A stretch of DNA of 54,412 bases, counting the filler, from Porpidia crustulata (Eukaryota), in the NCBI GenBank assembly GCA_964255105.1. It is 4 parts of 4 records of this genome, joined end to end, with 100 filler letters (N's around TTAATTAATTAA, not from the genome) between each part and the next. Parts side by side here need not be neighbours in the genome. Positions count along the whole stretch, not along the records: positions 1 to 13,551 come from CAXUWE010000433.1; 3 more parts are not named here. One strand, 5' to 3'. The position numbers and the translations under genes are program-made. The number at the start of each line of letters is the position of its first letter. Position 1 is the first letter of the stretch. The notes beneath the pieces are model-generated. The model was not told the origin of the DNA and did not search any database. It saw only the letters and a list, made by a program, of their open reading frames with translations. Below are positions 1 through 11,417 of this stretch, in pieces.

Positions 1-2
1 GG

Positions 3-539
3 AAACGTGAGGGTGCAGGTTCCGCGGCTCGCCAGGGGGTAGCTGGAGATGCTGTAGCGGTAGGGATGGAGAGGGGAAAGCAGGGCGAGATAGGATGAGA
101 ACGGGAGGGGGATGGTAGCGTGTGCTTCTAAGAGATCGAGCACAGTGAATTTTGTGATGAGAGAGGAGGAGATGCAGAGGTCGCCAATGAGGCTTTCGAG
201 ACTGGCTTTGGTAACGGGATTCGAGCAGTGCCGCATTAGGATTTCCAGATCGCGGCAGCTAGCAGGCTCATCGAGCTTGACCTGGGAAGCGAGCACCTCC
301 CACACAGGAACGGTAGTACTGTCGTGACACCGATTGCCCGGGGGTTCGATAAGCATGAAGGTATCCCATGACAGATCGAAGTAGCTGAGTACTCTTTTGA
401 TGGTCTGATAAGGATTGAGAGGGAAGATGTTGAGATAGTCGCCGGCTCTATAAGATGACCCAGCTGGGAGTTGTAGCTCGAGATGCCTGACTGGGGGTTT
501 CGTGGTGGTGATGAGACTGTTCTGGAGGATGAGGGTTTT
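3..539 (-). CDS. FAD-binding region of a bifunctional cytochrome P450/NADPH-P450 reductase (CYP505/P450foxy-like); internal fragment running off the scaffold start
   Basis: Open minus-strand frame, absent from the ORF track because it has no start or stop: ...VRHLELQLPAGSSYRAGDYLNIFPLNP...VLDLLEAHATIPLPFSSYLALLSPLHPYRYSISSYPL...CTLTF. Matches CYP505/BM3 reductase motifs (RHxExxLP..Y.AGDYL; RxYSISS). Confidence 0.85.
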
Positions 540-549
540 NNNNNNNNNN

Positions 550-603
<54 letters not shown>
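550..603. repeat. 54-nt poly-C run abutting an N gap; probably a sequencing or assembly artefact
   Basis: Pure homopolymer next to Ns at 540-549; the pattern fits two-colour poly-G read tails. Confidence 0.7.
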
Positions 604-652
604 TATAGGTAGTTAGCGTGGGAGTGCCTGAGTTGTAGAGGAGGGATTCTAC

Positions 653-761
653 CGTAGAGTTCTTCCAAATACTTCGGAGTTTTCTTCGGGTCGAATGCGC
701 CTAGATCGAAGCAGTTCTCCACGTACGGGAACACGGCTAGAGAATTAGTCTGCCCTATCAT
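653..761 (-). CDS. Probable first exon of the same CYP505-like gene; heme and FMN domains presumably lost in the N gap at 540-549
   Basis: ATG at 761 gives MIGQTNSLAVFPYVENCFDLGAFDPKKTPKYLEELY(G), followed by a GTAGAA...GCTAAC...TAG intron. Loosely resembles the CYP505 N-terminus (P.xGN..D....P...L..YG). TATAAAA lies just upstream. Confidence 0.45.
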
Positions 762-1705
762 CGCCGTTTTATAAAAGAAATAGGAAGGGGAAGTATCTCC
801 AAGGTAAAGTACTGCTATTGTCTCAAGATGGATTTACTAGCAAGAAAACGAAAGCATATAGAGATATATTCCTTGGATGTAAGATATACGTCAGATCTGT
901 AATGACGCGTCTTCTATGTAACTGGACAAGAATTTCGTTGCTCTGTTTCTCCACCTAGGGTCGATCGTATCCACGGACTTTAATGGGGCGAATCCAGATA
1001 CCTGTCACAACCAGTACTTTACCATTTCGTTGGAAATGGTGTGTTCCACCCCACGGGTCTTGATCATCCGTGGGTAAGAGCAGATCCTATGTAGGCGTAT
1101 CTCGGTCGATGTCGCCGCTATCGTTTTGTTCCGAAAGGACATTCGGAGTTAAGGTCTAGGTGTAGCACGAAATCCTTATTATAGCGCGCTGCTCGCTTTG
1201 ACATGATCAGAGAATGTGCGTAGCAGATTGGCGCTTTGTGAGCTTGGGAAGACGACGTGTAAACGTAAACAATAATATTGATTTTATGATTTAGATAGGC
1301 TTGCAATTAATGTGTCATTGCCAGTGTAATCGCACGGGCCAAAAACATGAACCTGCGGAATTATATTTTCGACTATGTCGTCCAATAGTGATTCCATTTC
1401 ATAAACGTGTACTTGTGGATCTGATGGAAGCATGATTATGACGGCAAGACGAGCTAAAATCCCTACATCAGACGAATCTGTTGTTTAGTCCTAACAAAGA
1501 GTCGTCGGTAAACCTAAGATTATTATGATGGGAATACTCGAGGAATGCCGTAATTAAACACACTAACAGCAATAGAGACATGGCTCATTGCACTCATCTC
1601 ACAAGCTCAGGAACTGGCCGAGGGAGCATTGATGAGCCAGCAAGGGCAGTTGGTCTCAGGACCAAACTCCGTAATTTTAATAGCTGCTGTAAGGAGCAAT
1701 CTGCT

Positions 1706-3412
1706 CTAGGCTGAATAACCTGGATGTTTCTTATTCCATTCCCTGGCCCTCCGCTCTTCCCTCCACGCTGGTCCCCATCGGAGCTCAACCCACAACAGAG
1801 GAGTAGTGAAAAGGACAACTGCTGCAACGAAAGTGAAACACCAGCCTCTGCCCATTGCAGAGATCAATTGGATGATGACTGCAGTACCGGCAGCTCCCAT
1901 GAAGCAACGCACCAAATTGTTTGCGGCAGTGGCCGTTACTGGGCTGAGCGGGTATAGATCAATGCACATCGTGCTTGTGATATTAAACGTACTGGTAAGA
2001 CAGAGGCCGATGATGAAAGTAAAAACCAGTGGCACTGCAAAGTGAGTTTCGATCTCCAGCACCCAGCCGTAGCATACGAGAGCAATAAGACCCGGGAAGA
2101 TAAAGGGCCACATGACTTGAACACGAGCTTTCTCGAGAGGAAAATCTCGCATGTCGTCTCCCCTTTTGCGATCGACTGTGATGTTGGCAGCCTTGGCTAC
2201 CCGTTTATAGTTGAAATCCATAAATTTTCCGCACACAAGTGAGGCAGCAGTACAGCCCACTCCATAGGGAATGAATGCCAATCCGATTTGTAAATCAGTG
2301 AACCCATAAATTTTGCTGAAGAGACTAGGGAGGCTAGTAGTCACACAGTAGTAGGAGGTGTATACTATTGAGTTGAAAAAAAGAACAATAGCAACATCCT
2401 TTTCCATGAGGACGTGGAAAGCTTTGAGGGGGTTAGGGCATCTTAGCCGTCGTCGAGCACTGAGCTTCCCTCCCAGGGCCTTCTTTTCCTCGCTTATGGT
2501 TCCCTGATTTAGGGTCTGGGTGGATTTGCGCAATGCAAGGTAATTGAGCAAGCACATATTCCAGCCTTGGGGCGGTATAGAACCGTCGCCAACAATATTC
2601 CGCCCGGTCTCGGGAACAGTCGCAAGGAACGGTATCAAGAATGCCGCAGCCAGAATCGTCAGGAACCAGAAGATTGACCTCCATCCGAGATAATGACTTA
2701 GAATTCCCCCTAATATCGGACCAATTGCGGGCCCTAACATCGGTCCTGACATCACAAATCCCATGTACAAGCCGCGCTCGGCGCTGGTCGCAACGTCTGC
2801 TACCATACCAGCACCTAGTGCGATAGTGCCACTGCTTCCTGAGCTCTGCAGGCACCTGAATACGAGCAGAGCGGCATAATTGTTTTGCAAGGCCAATCCA
2901 ATATTGGCCAATATATAAACGGTAAATCCGATGCAGTAAGCAGGGCGGCGACCAGTCATATCTGCCAAATCCCCATATATCGTTGGCGCTAGAGCTTGGA
3001 ATATCATGTAAGAGGTCACCGTAAGATTGATGAGCTCGTCGGATACCTTGAAGTCTTTTGCAAGTGTGTTCAGCGCAGGGAAATATATGTTCGTGGAAAG
3101 GGTAGAGAAGAGGCCAGCTAAAGCGGCCATGAAGACGATGTATCGCTTTTGGCGTTGACTGAAGACAGAGTATCTAGGACCACGACTTGAATCAGAGTCT
3201 GCCGTTTCGAGGTCTTCCCCTTTCGCATCAAATTTCAAGCTACCTTCAGCTAAGGTTTCTTCATCGTACGCCGGTAGACGGCTAAAGATATTTCCAGGGT
3301 CCTCCTCTCGTGTCATAGCAGGATGAGGCAACGTGTCCGACTCATCTTTAAAGAATACAGGGGCTCGTGTGGGAATCGGCCGTCCTACTGATGGAGGTTC
3401 AGGGATTGACAT
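1706..3412 (-). CDS. MFS transporter, DHA1 family, QDR/AQR1/CexA/Itp1-type (organic-acid or drug exporter); intronless, ~568 aa
   Basis: Motifs YSVFS..QKR.IV, LSTNIYFPAL, DLADMTGRRP, GAGMVADVATSAERG, WRSIFWFL, PETGRNIVGDGS, TAANNLVRC; ~12 hydrophobic segments. First in-frame ATG is at 3412 (the track starts at a TTG). Confidence 0.9.
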   Translation of the reverse strand: MSIPEPPSVGRPIPTRAPVFFKDESDTLPHPAMTREEDPGNIFSRLPAYDEETLAEGSLKFDAKGEDLETADSDSSRGPRYSVFSQRQKRYIVFMAALAGLFSTLSTNIYFPALNTLAKDFKVSDELINLTVTSYMIFQALAPTIYGDLADMTGRRPAYCIGFTVYILANIGLALQNNYAALLVFRCLQSSGSSGTIALGAGMVADVATSAERGLYMGFVMSGPMLGPAIGPILGGILSHYLGWRSIFWFLTILAAAFLIPFLATVPETGRNIVGDGSIPPQGWNMCLLNYLALRKSTQTLNQGTISEEKKALGGKLSARRRLRCPNPLKAFHVLMEKDVAIVLFFNSIVYTSYYCVTTSLPSLFSKIYGFTDLQIGLAFIPYGVGCTAASLVCGKFMDFNYKRVAKAANITVDRKRGDDMRDFPLEKARVQVMWPFIFPGLIALVCYGWVLEIETHFAVPLVFTFIIGLCLTSTFNITSTMCIDLYPLSPVTATAANNLVRCFMGAAGTAVIIQLISAMGRGWCFTFVAAVVLFTTPLLWVELRWGPAWREERRAREWNKKHPGYSA

Positions 3413-4983
3413 CGCGAGTATGGCTGGAGCACCTTTGTACGGCCTGATTGTAAGATATGGTAGCAAGAGAAATGGTTGTCAGCTACAACTCCGACATCGG
3501 AGACAATCATTGCAACATATATAGTTCCCACTTTATGCCACCAACTGTTCTGGGCCCCAGCTCCTTCACACTCATCAATGGCAGCCATGGCGTGCCCAGT
3601 GCCTTGAGGGAAATTTCATGGCCCACGGACCGCCGGCTATGGAGCTTCAATCCCTCCAAAGTAAGATCCATTCTATGGGTGGCTCCCAATATGTGGGGAT
3701 CGACGACGGACACGGGTATAGAGCGATACAAGCGATTGACGCAACCGTATACGACAGACATCGATGCAGCGCTGCGTGGTCTGCTCTCGTCAAAGCATGA
3801 CGCTTGTCCTGAGAAGGTATTCATTCGAGGTCACTCGATGACTAAGCGGCGGAGCGGGAGGATTCCAATTTCCCGTGTTCCGTCCCGAGCACCCGCTTCC
3901 CGTGGCTTCTCACTCGATCTGATACCGTGATACGTCAATGTTTCGAGATGTGATCTTGTAGCGTCGATGATTGTTCGGGGTGGCCTAAATGGGTTTTCGA
4001 GTGGGACTGCCATCGTACATCCTGATATCCGTAGTGAATAGGATCATGTAAGCAATATGTCAGAGTACAACGAACCGTGATTAGCTATTTGATAGAAGCT
4101 TGCTCCGAAGCTTGTTGGTTTGCACGTTTTCCAACCAAGCACAGAAATTCTCATCAATTACCAAAAGAGCAATTGGGCACTAAGAGGCCGTCGGAAACCT
4201 CAGGCTTCGTGCTTTATGCTCCGTGCTTGATGCTCCTTGCTCTTGAATGAAGCACCGAAGGTTGGCCGATAGCGTACTCGATGTCAATGATCGAATTCTC
4301 TGGAATATTTCAAGAAGGGCGTAGATCGGGTCCGCGGTGACTCAATAACTTAGAAAGGCGAACTATCTTGATCTTCAAGTCCATCGAATATCACACGGTG
4401 AACACTTATCGTGGGGTCTGTAAGGGTAGCCTTGATGGTAGTAGCTGCCTGGAGCGTATTCGATTCGACCAGCTATACTCTGTACCGTAAGAGAAACCTC
4501 ATGCAGGTGTGGCTTGAAAGCTTGGTAGCACCTTTCTCCGCAACGCAATTTAATTGGTGGATAGGAGGCGGCATGATATCCGTCAGCAGCCTTCGATGCC
4601 AACTACTGCCAGAACCTGCATCTCAAGAGAAATTGTCCACTCGGATAGGTTGAAGTCCAAGTAAAATGCGCCATCACTAGCAGGCCGCTTATGACGCTGG
4701 CTATGGCTGTCAACTGCCAAAGTCTTGGCAAGGTCAAGGTGGCGAACCGACGTTCTGACCCCGATGCTGTCGACGCTGTCAGAGCTTCCCTCTCGGTGGT
4801 CGAGGAGCACGTTCTTTTTCTTACTAAAATATTGTACGACCCTTTCAATGCTTTCAGCCGAGTCTCCCATGCTGATCTAAATATTCCCAGCCGCGATCAT
4901 AGCCAAGGAATAGGTGGCCCTTTACCTACAAGAACCGCGTTCCGACTTTTCCGAACACTATATCCCACTGGTGAGCTGTCAAT

Positions 4984-7607
4984 ATGACATTCGCAGAAGC
5001 GTCGTCATCGAGCCAAGAGGGCCGACGTCGGGCGCAGACTGCCTGTACCTTTTGCCGGAGAAGAAAGGTCCGTGGGAGACATTTCCAGTCAAAGCCGTGG
5101 CGTCCTAAGCTTACATATGGCGATAGATGAGATGCAACAATGAGCAACCACGATGTATGAATTGTGTAGCGTTCGATCAAGCATGCAGTTACGAGGAGAT
5201 CCGCAAGAAAACGAGGTAATAGAAATCCCGTTACTGGGCGCTGTCACCCAGCATGACACGTTGGGGAGTCTTGGCTGATTGTTCAAGACCATCATCTGCA
5301 CGTTTATCAAATCTGGAGGAAGAGAACCGAAACCTCCGCATGCGTCTTGACACAGCGAGCAGAACGTCGTCTGCTAATGTCGGTCAAGACGTTGCATTAG
5401 CTGGGTTGCAATCCTCCGCCAAGGCCAATCTAGCGCTCGAACGCTCCAATGAGACTAGCACACCTAGCGCGTTCAATAAAGACCAAGATATTAGAAGCCA
5501 AGATACAAAGCCTAACGACGACGGAGATCCACAAAGCAGTAGTGGTGAATACATATATCATGGCCTTACAAGCCCTTCAGCACTTGAAGATACCTCATGG
5601 AGTCATGCAGCATCAGATACCAACCCCGGACCCCAGGCCTCGACTGAATGGATTCGCGGTCAGCTGGAGGCAGAAGCCTCGCAGCAGCGTGAGTCTCCTT
5701 GAGAATATAATAGCGGCTAATAACAATGTCTTACGCACAAGCAGGTCGACTCGAGGCTTTCAATTTCTATTCTAATACATTAGACTTCGATGGCGTAGAT
5801 CCAGAACTTGGAATGCATTTGTTGTCTCTCCATTGGAATCGTCAACATCATTCGTTCTTGATCACCTACAGACCTACCTTCATGAGAGATATGGCCTGTG
5901 CAGGGCCATACTATTCTAAGCTTCTTTTGAATGCCATCTACTTTGGTGCCTCTAAATTCAGCTCTAGGACTGAAACTCGATCTAATCCTGCGGACGCACG
6001 TACCGCTGGGTGGGTATATCGACAAAGAACCAAAGAATTGCTAGCTCTTGCTCTGGACCATAGTAAAATAACCACCATCCAAGCCTTGCTAGTGATGACG
6101 ACTTCTCTGTTTGCACTAGGTGAAGAGAAGAGCGTGGCATGGCTTTATGCTGGTCTAGCGTTCAGGATGATCATGGACTTGGGTATTCATATAGACGCTT
6201 CTTCTTCATCTACAACGCATCAATTCTCCCATGAGGATCTAGAAATCCGAAGGCGGGTCTTTTGGGCAGCGTTTGGTGAGTTCGATGGCTGTTCGATCCC
6301 AAAGCTAATGATCTAATTCATGTCCGCAGTCGTCGACAAAGTTCATTCACTCTACCAAGGAAGACCTGTTAATATGCAAGAAATAGAATGCCGAGTACCT
6401 ATGCTATTTCTGGATCAGTACGAAGAAAAGGAGAATTGGCAGCCTTTTGGCTTCTCTGGAAGCCGCCATTATGCTGGATGTCCAGCATATACAATCTCTA
6501 CCTTCATTAGCCTGTGTAAGCTCTGTGTCATTATGAATCGGATTTTAAATAAACTGTATATCGAGCAAAGCCCAAACCGAGGACCAGACGGACTTGGTAA
6601 GGATCTTGAATCTTTGCATAGCGAACTTGAAGAGTGGCATAACACACTGCCTATACACTTGAAACTCGATACTTCGGATTTCAACAATCCTATGCCACCA
6701 CCACACGTTATTTCCTTGTTGTGAGTATCATTTGCACGGTGAATCACAAGGGACTAGATTTGAGGCTAACGAATGTGTTTTCAGAGCTATGTACCATGTC
6801 CTTCTGATTCAGCTGCATCATCCGTTTATTACCACGGGCCACCTGTCTTCCGCGGCACCCTTGACTGCTCGGTATTCATTCACCACATGCGCAATAGCCG
6901 CTGACGAGATAGTGCGGTTGTTGATGGCCTACAACAGAACATTTTCCATACGCAAAGCACCATACTTGATCTCGTATGCGACATATGTGAGCGCAACGAT
7001 TCATGTGCGCATCGCTGCACAGAAACCTCTTGGCTCTGAAGCACATTCATGCTTGCAAATCTGTCTTGCCGTGCTCAATGAGAATCAAGCCACAAATTTG
7101 GTAGTCAGCAGTGCTAGGCTGACCTTGAGCAACTTGATGAAGCGAACAGGCGTTGTGTGTAGAGATGACCAGGATCTTTTGGAAATTGGACGAATGCAAG
7201 AACTGCCCATGGTCAGCCAATACTCTAGCGCAGGGCCGCAGTCAGCCACTCAAGCGCTGTCCGACTTGCAGGCGGAAGGCTACGCCGAGGCTGAACGTAC
7301 CATCCAGACAGCTGATCCGATCCTTATTCCGCCGGACTTTGATATTGAAATGATGCTTCAGAGCTTCGGAGGGGAGCAGATTGACGGAGCTCATTTGAAT
7401 ATCGAGGCAGGGCACGGACAATATCCTCTTCCTGTACAATCGTCTTCTGTTGATTATCAAGAGGCTGGAAACACCCCTGAGCTTGAAGCAATGCTGCTTG
7501 ATCCTGCTAATACCAGTTATGGGCCGGCAACGGGTTTCAATCCCCAGTACTTGGGCGTCTTTGATCCAACGGATACGAGCCGTTGGAATTACACACCAGA
7601 TCACTAG
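4984..7607 (+). CDS. Zn(II)2Cys6 fungal transcription factor with Fungal_trans middle domain (NirA-like), ~6 exons
   Basis: Spliced zinc cluster ACTFCRRRK|MRCNNEQPRCMNCVAFDQAC (exons ~4984-5067 and ~5127-5215), coiled coil LEEENRNLRMRL, and middle-homology motifs AFRMIMDLGIH, EIRRRVFWAAF, DKVHSLYQGRP. Stop at 7607. Confidence 0.92.
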
Positions 7608-8826
7608 GGAAATACAATTGTAAGACCGGGATATCTAGAAAGAAGAGGCCATCTTGGGTTGGCTGAATATGTCGGAGAATCTGTGAAGAGAGAATGTCAA
7701 AGGCAGAGCGAGTGTCAAACTGTCTCTATAAACAGAACGCCAGAAGAAAATATAAATTGCAGTCTACTTACAATTGATGGGGCATTGTGAGGTATATATC
7801 GTATTGTGAAGAAAATGCCGCGTCATCAAGTGATTAGCAAGACCGTCGAGCTAGTCCAGCCAAGTTAAACTTCCACCAGGGAAGGACGAAAGTCAGTGTT
7901 CAACAGCCGGTCTTCATAGGGACATTCAATAGGCCAATAGATTCTCGGCTTTCTTGGAATACCTTAGTATGATCGTTGACTGTTTCAATCGTAAGAAATG
8001 TGCAATCAGAAGAACCAAGCAAAGAAACGTATGGAATTGATCCAAATTGGCCCGATCACGTTTTGCTGTTTACTGACTTTCGACACCCCCCTGGTGTTCT
8101 ATCGGATCTTACATTGGGTTGACTTCTCGGCTTACTAACCTCAATTGATGCCGACTTCTATGCTAACAATATCCTTCCCAAAACCCAAGGTACCATATTT
8201 CGGGGCCAAGAACGTGGTCCTTAATGGTAGCGTTACTTGACAACGTCTATCACGCAGGTAATATTACATAGTGTACATTAGTAGAGTAATTGAAAACCAC
8301 ACCAGCCTTTTGTCTACAGAGCTACGCGAGACAGTTACATCAATCCCGCGGCAGCTTACTCCCATGGTAAATCTAGCCAATTATTGAGCTCGCAATACGA
8401 CCATGACTGCATTCTAGGGATGATCTTCAGATGACACTAAAGTGGCGACTGAGGTGTCTGCCCGATGAGAGACTCTACACATATTGTGATAAGTGGCTAA
8501 TGGCCTTTGGTCGGAACCCGGCCTGAACAAGAATGAAGGACGATGATGCATCTACTCAATTCAGGTCCAGTATTCTACGGGGTTGTACGGGAATGAATAT
8601 ACGGCCATGGGATGGCTTCAGCCACGGGCTCAAGAGCTGAGATCTGCTAGAACTCCCAGGAGTCACAACCCCCTGTCAGATACGTCTTTGGCGATGACGA
8701 CAAGCGATGCAGACCATTGACACCAGTCGAATTTGATTGCTTCTTAAGGTCGAAGTCGATCATCACAATGGTTTGGCTATATAAATAGATCTCTGGACCT
8801 CAAGAGCACTTGAATTTGAAGGAGAT

Positions 8827-10254
8827 ATGTCTATTCGCAGCGGGACCTTGATAAGGTTTGCAAGCTCTGTAAGCACATTTTCCAGATCTATTCAATTTCC
8901 CGTTCATTTACCTCGACTCTTTACGCCTCGCGCCATGCCTTTCGTCTGGGGAAGTCAGCCGGAACAACGTCGCCGAAGGGTTCTGAAGGCGGTCCTTATG
9001 AGGTCCGGTACTTCTAAGGGACTTTTCATCCATCGTGATCAACTTCCATCGTCCGAGGCTGAATGGAGCCCGATTCTTCTTTCAGCAATGGGCTCCGCGT
9101 CCGGAGACAAGCAACAACTCGATGGCGTTGGAGGCGCAACATCCACAACCTCGAAAGTTGCAATCATATCGAAATCGAAACGCCCAAACGTGGACGTTGA
9201 TTACACCTTCGCCCAAGTTGCGGTTGGCGACAAGAAGATTGATATGACCGGAAACTGTGGTAACATTGCTTCTGGCGTGGGGCCTTTCGCCTTAGATGAA
9301 GGCCTGGTCACAGCCAAACCAGGGCAAACAGAGGTTTGTGATTAAATTACATATGTTATGGTTTCAGACGAACTCTATCTGATCAAACAACACTGTTGTT
9401 AGCTGGAGATACGAGTTTTCAACACAAACACATGCCGAACCCTCGTCGAGACCGTTCAAGTTGATCCTAAAGGTAGATTCTTGGAAGAGGGCGACCACCG
9501 GATAAGCGGATTTACCGGATCAGGTAGCCGCATCAAGGTGAAATTTGTTGATCCTGGCGGCAGTATGACAGGAAAGCTATTCCCATCAGGCCAGCGCCAA
9601 AATAACATTACGGTCCGCTCACCGGGCATGAAGCCCATCGTCACCGTCCGAGTAACCTTGATTGACGCTGCAAATTCGTTCATCTTTGTCGATTCCTCTA
9701 CTCTACCCGAAGTGTATCATCAGCTTGGTCCCGAAGCGCCGGCATCTCTTGAGTTGATTGAAGCTATTCGACTGGAGGGTGCTGTGCTTTCTGGTTTAGC
9801 GCCAGACGTGGAAGCTGCAAAGCTTATTAGGGGTACTCCAAAAATCGCGGTTCTTTCACCACCCAGGCCGACTGAGGGGGTCTCTTCCAAGGAAAGGCAA
9901 TCGGACATAGATGTGACTGCTTTCAGTATGGGAAAGGTCCATCCATGTTTGCAACTGACAGGAGCTGTTTGCATAGGCGCGGCGACGAGCCTGCCCGGAA
10001 CCGTCGCTTTTGATTTGTCTCAAAAAGCGATAAGGCTGGGTAGCTTTCCCCGACACCCATTATCTCCGAGAGTTTCCATGAGCCCTATGCATCGTAAAGT
10101 GTGTATTGGGCAGCGAGGCGGGCAGATATTGGCAGATGTCAAGATCGGGGGCTCTGAAGGTGATGTGGAAGGTGTCAGCGTGTCTCGGACGGCTCAAAGA
10201 CTTTTCGAAGGCAATGTAATGCTCGCCGTCGAAGGAAAGCTCTTGTGGCACTAA
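8827..10254 (+). CDS. PrpF-family isomerase (aconitate delta-isomerase / methylitaconate isomerase / oxalomesaconate tautomerase superfamily), 2 exons, ~452 aa
   Basis: Motifs MRSGTSKGLF, DGVGGATSTTSKVAI, GNCGNIASG (catalytic Cys), FNTNT, DPGGSMTGKLFPSG, PKIA, SMGKVH, RTAQRLFEG. Intron 9334-9402 joins the exons in frame. TATA-like TATATAAA at ~8779. Confidence 0.92.
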
Positions 10255-10565
10255 AAGTCGGCCCGGACTCGTGCTGAAGAATCTGCAGCCTCTCTATGTA
10301 CCGATCAAAAGGCCTGTAACTGATTCAATAGGGGGCAAAACTAATCGGACTACCTTAACATTCATTCATCGTAAGGTATCATCACCGCTCAAGTGGCCAC
10401 GATGAGACTTTCAATGACAATGAAGTACTTTATATTCCAACGACGAGTAATCTGTGTGACTACAGGTCCCTTCAGATGCCCACTGCTCAAACAGCACTTT
10501 AAATACGCAGCCCATTGCTGTACGGAGAAAACGATTATACAGGCTGTGAGGTACTCTAAGGTTTG

Positions 10566-10586
10566 AGATAAGATAAGATAAGATAA
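10566..10586. repeat. (AGATA)4 microsatellite; also reads as tandem GATAA sites
   Basis: agataagataagataagataa seen directly. Confidence 0.8.
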
Positions 10587-11417
10587 TCCAAACCGCAATG
10601 GCGTAAATGTGGGTGTGTGGGAGTATAGAATATAATAAAAGCCGCGATAGCCTTTGAGTGCAGGTGGAATAAAACGTATTTTTCTCGTGCAAGAGGTAAG
10701 CTCCAGATACCTGACCTTACCCCAGACGTACCAGAGGGGCGACATGCGTGTACTATGCTGAACAGGGTGAGAGGGTATTCAGGACAATATGCCGCCCATG
10801 CCGCCTTCCCGTCCCGCAGGCGATTCTCATAAAGAAATCTCACTCTGTTCCACTGCCTTGTTGATCCTCATGCAGTGAGAAGGCTGGAAACAAGATACTC
10901 CACTGAAGATGCACGGTGACAACACTTGAGCTGCCGTCCGCCGCTGAAGGTCATGAACGTCGAAGGTCAAGCGAGCCTTTCAACCACTGGGAGCGAAAAT
11001 GACAATCGCTTCCGACGATCCTCACCTCCCTATCTTGCAATCATCTGTGCGGCCCGTTTCTCATGAGTATCATTCCCTTCTGCCTGCTGGTGACACAGTA
11101 TGTCTGGGACTCGTGTGTTGCCCAAGCTTCGCGTAGAGATGAGCGACAGTGCCGACAACCGGTCTTTTCTCGCCGCTCACCACAATTTTCACATCAGCAA
11201 TCAGTCTGGAGATCCGGCTCCGGAGTAATTGACCTTATGCCACTCTCTCGAGACTTTGGGCTCGATCACGCTATCGCTAATTGCACAAGAAATACTCTGC
11301 ACGGTGGCTGGCTTTGTTTTGCTGCAATTACTTGTACAGCGCCATTATCGGGCTTTCTCCGTCGGATTTTCTTGCTCTGATTTCTGAAAGTAACTGTTTT
11401 GCTCGACAATATCAACA

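Noticed and set aside
550..603. Poly-C/G tract as a G-quadruplex or telomere-like element
   Set aside because: Abuts an N gap; most likely a read-tail artefact.
3457..3930. 157-aa + strand ORF and other short ORFs (e.g. 4583-4870) in the MFS-TF intergenic region
   Set aside because: No recognisable motifs or splice structure; probably chance ORFs in promoter DNA.
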